Below, piece by piece: positions 57,262-64,000 of a stretch of DNA of 64,000 nt (its first letter is position 1; the number at the start of each line of letters is the position of its first letter). The DNA comes from an uncultured Shimia sp. GTDB lineage: Bacteria > Pseudomonadota > Alphaproteobacteria > Rhodobacterales > Rhodobacteraceae. The stretch spans positions 7,253-71,252 of the forward strand of contig NZ_CAJXIV010000005.1 in the NCBI RefSeq assembly GCF_913054185.1, in the 5' to 3' direction. The notes under the pieces are model-generated. The model saw nothing but the letters and a program-made list of their open reading frames with translations, ran no database searches and was not told the DNA's origin. The translations under genes and the position numbers were made by a program.

Positions 57262-57816
57262 TTACCGGCAATAGCGGCTCCCACCATGCATGACGTCCGC
57301 ACTCTTGGGACATCCGGTCACGAGATCGATCTGCTTTTGTGCCTGATACTGAGGATCAGCAAGCTTGTTGCAAGACATCTTAAACTTGATGCCACGCCCA
57401 ATTGAAGCCCCACCAACACCGGCTCCCATCAACAGCCAGAACTCAGACGCGGTCCCGTACGAGGCTATTGTTGCAGCAGTGATAATAGTCCCCACAATCA
57501 GATGTGCATTCCCCTGGCGGTGACATTGCGCCACCAGTTCTTTGCTCGCCACATTTGTCGCAGATAGCGCAGCACTGAACTGCACGTCATAGGTGTCGTT
57601 CAAACAGTCGTTGATTTTCTGGACACCGGCTTCCGTCCCACCGGTGGCGACCAAAACCGTCGGAACCTTCTTGTTCACCGCAACAAGATAACTGCCTGGC
57701 GCATGGGTTCTGGACATGCAGGATTGCACCTGTTCAACAACAACCGAGGTCTCAGCTGAAACCTGTGTCGTCAAACCGGCAACAACCATACAAAATCCGA
57801 AACCCAACGCTTTCAT
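57262..57816 (-). CDS. Secreted Cys-rich hypothetical protein with hydrophobic Gly/Ala hairpin
   Basis: Signal peptide VSA-E; six Cys in the mature part; TGATG overlap with sdhA stop. Confidence 0.6.
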   Translation of the reverse strand: MKALGFGFCMVVAGLTTQVSAETSVVVEQVQSCMSRTHAPGSYLVAVNKKVPTVLVATGGTEAGVQKINDCLNDTYDVQFSAALSATNVASKELVAQCHRQGNAHLIVGTIITAATIASYGTASEFWLLMGAGVGGASIGRGIKFKMSCNKLADPQYQAQKQIDLVTGCPKSADVMHGGSRYCR

Positions 57817-59624
57817 CAGAACGTCCGTGCCTTCGGTGCGATCTTCTTCAGACTGATACCACCTTCATCTTCGGTGGTCAGAGGATCTTTGATCACCGGA
57901 CGATAGGTCAAGTCCACCTTGTTGCCGTCCACACGGCTCACAGTGTGCACACGCCAGTTCTTGTCGTCCCGCTCGGAATAGTCCTCATGCGCATGCGCAC
58001 CACGGCTTTCTTTCCGGGCTTCTGCACCATGGATCGTCGCCAGCGCGTTTGGCATCAGGTTGGTCAGTTCCAGCGTTTCCATCAGATCGCTGTTCCAAAC
58101 GAGAGAGGTGTCCGTGACGTGCAGATCGTCGATCTTCGCCGCGATGTCGGTCATCTTCTCGACACCCTCTTTCAGCGTCTTGTCGGTCCGGAACACAGCT
58201 GCATCCGCCTGCATAGTGCGCTGCATTTCCAGACGCAGCTCCGCAGTTGGGGCGCCACCTTTGGCATTGCGCACGTTATCTAGCCGATCAAATGCCGCAT
58301 CAACAGACGCCTGGTTCAGAACCGGATTTGCCGCATCCGCATCCACAACCTTACCGGCGCGAATGGCCGAGGCGCGACCAAACACCACAAGGTCGATCAG
58401 CGAGTTGGAGCCAAGACGGTTTGCACCGTGTACAGAGGCACAGCCCGCTTCACCCACAGCCATCAGGCCCGGCACAACACGGGTTGGGTCTTCGGCGGAT
58501 GGATTTAACACCTCACCCCAATAGTTGGTTGGAATACCGCCCATATTGTAGTGCACCGTTGGCAGAACCGGGATTGGTTCTTTGTTCACATCCACACCGG
58601 CAAAAATCTTCGCAGATTCAGAGATCCCGGGCAGACGCTCCGCCAACGCTTCGGCTGGCAAGTGGTTGAGGTTCAGGTGAATATGATCCCCGTTCTCCCC
58701 CACACCGCGCCCTTCGCGGATCTCCATGGTCATAGAGCGAGACACGTAGTCACGTGGCGCAAGGTCTTTGTACTGCGGCGCGTAACGCTCCATAAAGCGC
58801 TCACCTTCAGAGTTGGTCAAATAACCACCCTCGCCACGTGCGCCCTCAGTGATCAGACAGCCGGAACCGTAGATCCCTGTTGGGTGGAACTGGACAAATT
58901 CCATATCCTGCAGCGGCAAACCGGCACGGGCCACCATGCCACCACCATCACCGGTACAAGTGTGTGCAGAGGTTGCAGAGAAATACGCGCGGCCATAGCC
59001 ACCGGTCGCCAGAACAACCATCTTTGCGTTGAAAACGTGCATTGTGCCGTCGTCGAGCTTCCAACAGACCACACCCTGACACTGACCGTCTTCAGACATG
59101 ATCAGATCAAGCGCGAAATACTCGATGTAGAACTCAGCGTTGTTCTTGACCGACTGACCATACAGCGTGTGCAGGATCGCATGGCCGGTCCGGTCAGCCG
59201 CAGCACAGGTCCGCTGTACCGCTGGGCCTTCACCAAACTCGGTGGTGTGACCACCAAATGGGCGCTGGTAAATCTTGCCTTCTTCCGTGCGCGAGAACGG
59301 CACACCGTAGTGTTCCAGCTCATAAACCGCTTTTGGCGCTTCACGTGCGAGATACTCCATCGCGTCCGTGTCACCCAGCCAGTCCGAGCCTTTCACAGTG
59401 TCATACATGTGCCACTGCCAGTTATCCGGGCCCATGTTGGACAAGGACGCCGCGATACCACCCTGCGCCGCAACTGTGTGCGACCGGGTTGGGAAAACTT
59501 TGGTCACACAGGCGGTGCGCAGGCCTTGTTCAGCCATGCCCAGCGTCGCGCGCAGACCAGCGCCGCCGGCGCCAATAACCACGACATCATATTCGTGGGT
59601 TTCATATTCGTATGCTGCAGTCAT
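57816..59624 (-). CDS. sdhA: Succinate dehydrogenase flavoprotein subunit
   Basis: [58 protein letters not shown]. Confidence 0.98.
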   Translation of the reverse strand: MTAAYEYETHEYDVVVIGAGGAGLRATLGMAEQGLRTACVTKVFPTRSHTVAAQGGIAASLSNMGPDNWQWHMYDTVKGSDWLGDTDAMEYLAREAPKAVYELEHYGVPFSRTEEGKIYQRPFGGHTTEFGEGPAVQRTCAAADRTGHAILHTLYGQSVKNNAEFYIEYFALDLIMSEDGQCQGVVCWKLDDGTMHVFNAKMVVLATGGYGRAYFSATSAHTCTGDGGGMVARAGLPLQDMEFVQFHPTGIYGSGCLITEGARGEGGYLTNSEGERFMERYAPQYKDLAPRDYVSRSMTMEIREGRGVGENGDHIHLNLNHLPAEALAERLPGISESAKIFAGVDVNKEPIPVLPTVHYNMGGIPTNYWGEVLNPSAEDPTRVVPGLMAVGEAGCASVHGANRLGSNSLIDLVVFGRASAIRAGKVVDADAANPVLNQASVDAAFDRLDNVRNAKGGAPTAELRLEMQRTMQADAAVFRTDKTLKEGVEKMTDIAAKIDDLHVTDTSLVWNSDLMETLELTNLMPNALATIHGAEARKESRGAHAHEDYSERDDKNWRVHTVSRVDGNKVDLTYRPVIKDPLTTEDEGGISLKKIAPKARTF

Positions 59625-59647
59625 CTTTTAGATCCTTACGCGCGGGG

Positions 59648-60019
59648 TCACAGAGCAAGCTTAACAAGCGCAAAAAGGCCTGCCGCGATCAGGGCGACAC
59701 AAAATGCTTTGTTTGCCACCAAAAGCAGTTTGCCAGCCACGCCATGCACATAGTCTTCAATGGCTTCCTGCGCCTCATTCATCAGGTGGACCAGCCCCAC
59801 AACCAGCCCAAGGCCGGTCACAATCGCTGGAAACGGACGGCTGAAGTAGGCAATCACTTCTTCATAGGAGCCGCCAAGGCCGCACCCGAAGGTGAAGATG
59901 AACAAAGGTGCCAAAACACCCATGATCACCGAGCGCACCATCATCTGCCAATGGGCTGCTGTGCCGTTGCGGCCCGAGCCAAGGCCCACGGCGCGTTTGC
60001 GGTCAGTCAGATATCGCAT
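59648..60019 (-). CDS. sdhD: Succinate dehydrogenase membrane anchor subunit
   Basis: MRYLTDRKRAVGLGS, HWQMM, EDYVHG; GGAG RBS before ATG 60019. Confidence 0.93.
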   Translation of the reverse strand: MRYLTDRKRAVGLGSGRNGTAAHWQMMVRSVIMGVLAPLFIFTFGCGLGGSYEEVIAYFSRPFPAIVTGLGLVVGLVHLMNEAQEAIEDYVHGVAGKLLLVANKAFCVALIAAGLFALVKLAL

Positions 60020-60030
60020 CGTGTTTCTCC

Positions 60031-60414
60031 TTACACCGCAATCACAGTGATGATGGTCAGCACAGTTGCGCCGACAAACATGCCCAGCCCCATACGCTCG
60101 GACGTTTTTACATCCATGCAGTAGCCGAGATCCCAGATCACGTGACGCAGACGGCCAAGCGTGTGATACCACAGGCCCCAAGCCCCAGCGGTAAGCAGAA
60201 GACCACCAAACCAGCTGCGCATAAAGCCATCGATGCCGGCGAAAGCACTCGCGGAGGTTGCCGCGGCCAGAAGCCACCAAACAACAAAGAAGGCCACACC
60301 CAGCACGCCGAGGCCACTGATGCGAACCATGATGGACGACGCGGAGGTCATCTGCGGGCGGTAGATACTCAAGTGAGGCGAAAGCGGGCGGTTGCCCCGA
60401 TTGACATCGGCCAT
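60031..60414 (-). CDS. sdhC: Succinate dehydrogenase cytochrome b556 subunit
   Basis: NRPLSPHLSIYRPQ, SSIMVRISG, YHTLGRLRHVIWD. Confidence 0.94.
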   Translation of the reverse strand: MADVNRGNRPLSPHLSIYRPQMTSASSIMVRISGLGVLGVAFFVVWWLLAAATSASAFAGIDGFMRSWFGGLLLTAGAWGLWYHTLGRLRHVIWDLGYCMDVKTSERMGLGMFVGATVLTIITVIAV

Positions 60415-60528
60415 ATTGGCTCCTTTCAGGTTAGCTGAAATCGTTTTACCGCTTTTTTGCACCTTGTCACGGTTTCAATACCCTAAATGTCGTGGTTTTT
60501 TCGTGCAATGCCACGGATTTTCCACTTT

Positions 60529-60558
60529 TGTGATCACGCATTTTTATATGTGATCACA
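60529..60558. promoter_or_regulatory. Tandem GTGATCAC palindromes upstream of sdhC
   Basis: TGTGATCAC at 60529 and TGTGATCACA at 60549, 20 bp apart, AT-rich spacer. Confidence 0.55.
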
Positions 60559-60670
60559 CTTGGGCCGGAGAGTCTTTTTGTCGGGAAAAATTCCTCCAAT
60601 CTCAACAATTCCTCAACCTGTACACTCCCATAAGATGTTTGCGCTCACAAATTGATGGGGCCGAATGCCT

Positions 60671-61339
60671 TTATCGCAGTTCCGACAGTTGCTGAGCCAC
60701 TTCACGCATCAGTTTTTGCCGAATCCTTTTGGGATATTCCTCAAATCCATTTGCGGTCACGACAAACGCTCCCGGCCCTGTGATCACATTTTCCCAGTAG
60801 TACCCCGTGAGGTCATCTTCCTCAGTTTCGATGACCAGACCATTCACCGTCACACCCATCCGGCTAAGCTGTCTTCTTCCAGCGTCAGGGGCGCTGCCTT
60901 CATTTGATGGCCCATCGCCCGACACGTCCAACACCATCCTGCGACACGCAGGACCGACCTCAAACTCAACTGCCGCCCGGGACAATGCATCGCCAATCGC
61001 CGTCGAATACCTGCGCCACCCGCGTGGCGCGGCATCCACCGCAACGGCCAAAGCCTCTGCCTCCACTCCGTTGCGCACCCGCATCCATGGCACCGACATC
61101 ACTTGCCGATCCGCGCCGGTCCACTGCATCACAGCCACCGCAGCCTCCGCCTTGATCAAAGCCTCAACAACAACGCCGTCCCGCAAGCCCGCGGAAAGCC
61201 CCTGCATCTGAATGTCATACTCAGTGGCATCCACACTGCCGGACACATCCACCGCCAACAAAAGCGCGAGATCGCAGGCTTGGAGGCTCACTTTGGAAAA
61301 CGCCAAAATGGCACAAGAAAGAAACAGAGATTTCCACAT
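60671..61339 (-). CDS. DUF1194 (vWA-like) secreted protein
   Basis: Signal peptide; LALLLAVDVSGS (MIDAS), TAIGDAL, LDVSGDGPSNEG, VTVNGLVI, VITGPGAFV. Confidence 0.87.
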   Translation of the reverse strand: MWKSLFLSCAILAFSKVSLQACDLALLLAVDVSGSVDATEYDIQMQGLSAGLRDGVVVEALIKAEAAVAVMQWTGADRQVMSVPWMRVRNGVEAEALAVAVDAAPRGWRRYSTAIGDALSRAAVEFEVGPACRRMVLDVSGDGPSNEGSAPDAGRRQLSRMGVTVNGLVIETEEDDLTGYYWENVITGPGAFVVTANGFEEYPKRIRQKLMREVAQQLSELR

Positions 61340-61391
61340 GCCAGTAGACTATAGGCGCGTTGCACTTCACACGGTCACAAATTTGTGCGCG

Positions 61392-62528
61392 TCACCCTTC
61401 ACGAATAGCCTCGGCCATTACTTTCCCAGTGCTATCAAAGTGCGGAGCCAATTCTCGGTCCACGTCGTCCCAGCGATCGAAATTTAGCAGAGCATCAAGC
61501 AGTTCATCGGGCACCCCCTCAATAAACGCCTTGCGATAACGTGTCGGCGGATGGGTGCTGTCCACAGCCAGTAACTCTGCTTCATGTGTGCTCAACGCAA
61601 CTTGCCGCTCCTCATCCGGCAAGGCAAATACCGTATCGGCCATGCGCTGGCTGAAAACCAGTCCGTTCTCGTCCCTTTTTGGCCAAATCGCGGACCGCAA
61701 GCGTTGGGTTGGCTCGATCAACACGATGATGTCCAAAAGACCTAATACTGCCGGACGACCAGCCACTTCTGCAGATCTTGTATCCGCATGATACTCGGCC
61801 TTTTGGCTGTCTGCATACTTCAGCTTTTCTAGCGCGATCAGCAAAGTCTCCAATATCACACGAAAGGTCGCCGAGATAGCGTCTGCAATCAATCCTTGGC
61901 TCTCACGTTCAACAATCCCGAACTGCGCATCATAGACCATCGTTGGTTCAGAAACTTCCAGCAACCCAACCAGGACGGCCTCCGCTTGATGCCCCCACAC
62001 ACCCTTTTCCGCATCTTTGTTTGCTAGATGTGCAACCTCATGCGCCAATAACGCCAATCTTTGATCACGGTCAGCTGCCAACCAAAGAAGGGACCCGATA
62101 CCCAAAATTCGCTGCCGCTCAGCCTCCTGTGCATAAGCGTTGAAGCCCGCAAAAACTGTAAACTTGTCGACCTTTGGCGCATTCATCCGCTCCGAAATCT
62201 GATCGACCAACTCGGTCAACGCAGGAAAATGAATTCGATCCAAGCAGCGTTCAGGCAGCTTTGTGCGTCGCGGGCGCAGAAACCATGCCATCGCTAAACA
62301 GGTGCCACCAAGCACCAGTAAGATTAAATTGGGGAAGTCAAACTGTATTAACAAAACGCCCAGCACGACAAAAACAAAAGGGCTTGCCAGAACCAGTAAA
62401 CTAAAAAGCAGAAGCCAAAAGCTTGGCTTGCTACGTGCTGGAGTACGGGATGCGACTTCCTTCAGGGCCGAAAGATAGACGCCTTCTCCCATTCTGCGAT
62501 TCAAATCTTTGCGGAAATTTTCAATCAT
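61392..62528 (-). CDS. M48-family membrane zinc metallopeptidase
   Basis: N-terminal TMs, FNAYA, ALLAHEVAH (HEXXH), KAEYHAD, DSTHPPTRYR. Confidence 0.8.
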   Translation of the reverse strand: MIENFRKDLNRRMGEGVYLSALKEVASRTPARSKPSFWLLLFSLLVLASPFVFVVLGVLLIQFDFPNLILLVLGGTCLAMAWFLRPRRTKLPERCLDRIHFPALTELVDQISERMNAPKVDKFTVFAGFNAYAQEAERQRILGIGSLLWLAADRDQRLALLAHEVAHLANKDAEKGVWGHQAEAVLVGLLEVSEPTMVYDAQFGIVERESQGLIADAISATFRVILETLLIALEKLKYADSQKAEYHADTRSAEVAGRPAVLGLLDIIVLIEPTQRLRSAIWPKRDENGLVFSQRMADTVFALPDEERQVALSTHEAELLAVDSTHPPTRYRKAFIEGVPDELLDALLNFDRWDDVDRELAPHFDSTGKVMAEAIREG

Positions 62529-62582
62529 GAGGCGAACGCTATCACTCTCAGGGTTGGCATTCCACCTCTCGAATTGAACCGG

Positions 62583-63347
62583 TCACATCTCAGGTGCCAT
62601 CTCGACCAGTGCATCAGCAAACTCTGTGCACATCACAATCTCGACGCGCTGTGGGTCATAATAAGCATTGGCCTCTCCACAAGGCACAACCGAAATTAAG
62701 AGATCCTCCGGCAACCGGAACTCCTGATTCAGCGCCTCAACCTCCGCCCGCACGACCTCCGCCGTCAGTGAGCCTCCATCGCTATCTATCTCGAAGTCGC
62801 CCAGCTCAAGTGTCTGACCACCTTTGTCATGCACAATCTCATCCAACGCCCCGCCCCAGCTTTGCGCCGCCTGATCATACTCATCCGGACAATACTCTGC
62901 GCGCTCCTCAGGCAGGCCAAGATCTTCGGCGACATCCTCCCGCTCATCCGGGTTTGCCCCATAGAACAAGCAAACGGTATTGTAATAGCGCTGCAAATCT
63001 GGCCCATGTACGTCCCAAAAGGCAACTTCGGCGCTGGCCTCAGCTTCTCCCATGAAGCCAAACGCGGCATCATAAGCCAGTTGAACCGCACTTTCTTCTT
63101 CATAGAAGGCATCGATCAAGAAAATCGACAGCACATCCGCCGCGTCTTCTTCCTGCCCAAAAATCGGCAAGCCAAGAATGTCGATCAGCGCATGACCCAA
63201 CTCGTGATAGAAAATCCCAAGCAGGTTGCTCTCGACATAAGCGATGCTATCATCGCTGGTGCTGTCAAAGGAGAGCTCGGCCTGTGCAGGACAGGCCAGA
63301 GCAAGCGCGGCGGCAGTGCAAAGTGGTCTCAACATGAGACCAATCAC
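62583..63347 (-). CDS. DUF4344-family secreted zinc metallopeptidase-like protein
   Basis: Signal peptide; FYHELGHALID, GQEEDAAD, WDVHG.DLQRYYN..CLFYG, CGEANAYYDP. Confidence 0.82.
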   Translation of the reverse strand: MIGLMLRPLCTAAALALACPAQAELSFDSTSDDSIAYVESNLLGIFYHELGHALIDILGLPIFGQEEDAADVLSIFLIDAFYEEESAVQLAYDAAFGFMGEAEASAEVAFWDVHGPDLQRYYNTVCLFYGANPDEREDVAEDLGLPEERAEYCPDEYDQAAQSWGGALDEIVHDKGGQTLELGDFEIDSDGGSLTAEVVRAEVEALNQEFRLPEDLLISVVPCGEANAYYDPQRVEIVMCTEFADALVEMAPEM

Positions 63348-64000
63348 ATCGGCATCAGAGCCCAGTAGTCAAGATCAAGCAGCACATCCGGCTGGTATTT
63401 CCCATCTTCACCTTTCAGCGCAAACGGCTCCCCGCCCTTCGTGGCCACCAAACGCAAACGGATCGCCCCCACACCAGGTGCCGAGGTTTCCGCCTTGTCC
63501 AGCACCTCAGACCAGGCTTTCACGGTCAGACCAGAGAACGCCGGATTGGCATGTGCACCACCATTGAGACCCACAATCATCTGCGCGTTGGCCAGACCAT
63601 TGAACGACAGCGTCCGTGCCAGCGAAATGATGTGCCCGCCATAAATCAGGCGCTGCCCATCAGGACGGAAGGTGGCATCAAAATGCACCTTGGCGGTGTT
63701 CTGCCACAAACGCGTCGCCATCATGTGCTCTGCTTCTTCCAGCGTCACACCATCAACGTGATCAATGGTTTCGCCAGTCTCATAGTCGCCCCAGCGATGC
63801 GCTTCGCCCGCTTGAGCAAAATCATAGCCGGTGAAGTTCAACCCCTCTGGGATCACCAAATCAGCTGGATCAATCACCTTGGACAGCTCCGGCACCACAG
63901 TCTCCGGCGCCGGGGCATTTATATCGCGTTTGCGCACCATGACCCAGCGCACATATTCCATGACCACCTCGTCACGCTGATTCATGCCCCGCGTGCGCAC
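63344..64000 (-). CDS. mch: MaoC-family dehydratase, probable mesaconyl-CoA hydratase (5'-truncated at window edge)
   Basis: IDHVDGVTLEEAEHMMATRLWQNTAKVHF, LIYGGHIISLAR.LSFNGLAN, LDLDYW; ccr and ecm in same region. Confidence 0.85.
   Translation of the reverse strand: MRTRGMNQRDEVVMEYVRWVMVRKRDINAPAPETVVPELSKVIDPADLVIPEGLNFTGYDFAQAGEAHRWGDYETGETIDHVDGVTLEEAEHMMATRLWQNTAKVHFDATFRPDGQRLIYGGHIISLARTLSFNGLANAQMIVGLNGGAHANPAFSGLTVKAWSEVLDKAETSAPGVGAIRLRLVATKGGEPFALKGEDGKYQPDVLLDLDYWALMPM

Noticed and set aside
1-64000. rRNA, tRNA, tmRNA, prophage
   Set aside because: No cloverleaf or rRNA signatures in the intergenic gaps and no phage genes recognised.

Overview
A 64-kb chromosomal segment from a moderately GC-rich alphaproteobacterium. 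Gene content and order point to Rhodobacteraceae/Roseobacter group (inference). Most of it is core genome: kpsT-kpsE-kdsA-phosphomannomutase, dcp, coaBC-dut-moeB, cobU, comM, gshB-yraN-rsmI, glnD-murJ, trpS, phoX, the ethylmalonyl-CoA genes ccr/ecm/mch, hns, deoD and sdhCDAB. I found no rRNA, tRNA, CRISPR array, transposase or integrase. Accessory inserts hold the most interesting signals. (1) A sulfur-oxidation/sensing block at 6.1-12.5 kb: ECF sigma/anti-sigma, Tat-exported sulfite-oxidase-family enzyme with an ECF-type promoter, a cytochrome c2-SorB-like diheme fusion, and a secreted rhodanese gene directly upstream of an orphan chemoreceptor. (2) A ~72-nt structured, anti-Shine-Dalgarno-rich element duplicated on both sides of a phzF-family gene; one copy is the 3' UTR of ccr and has the architecture of a small RNA. 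(3) Two small ORFs missing from the ORF track (30 aa coupled to a BCCT transporter, 50 aa after sdhB). (4) Shared candidate operators (PhaR-like at ccr and ecm, CtrA-like at comM, Pho box at phoX, tandem GTGATCAC at sdhC). (5) A tandem double beta-barrel outer-membrane protein. (6) Two foreign-looking genes wedged between sdhA and sdhB. All product calls come from motif recognition by eye; no database search was run.
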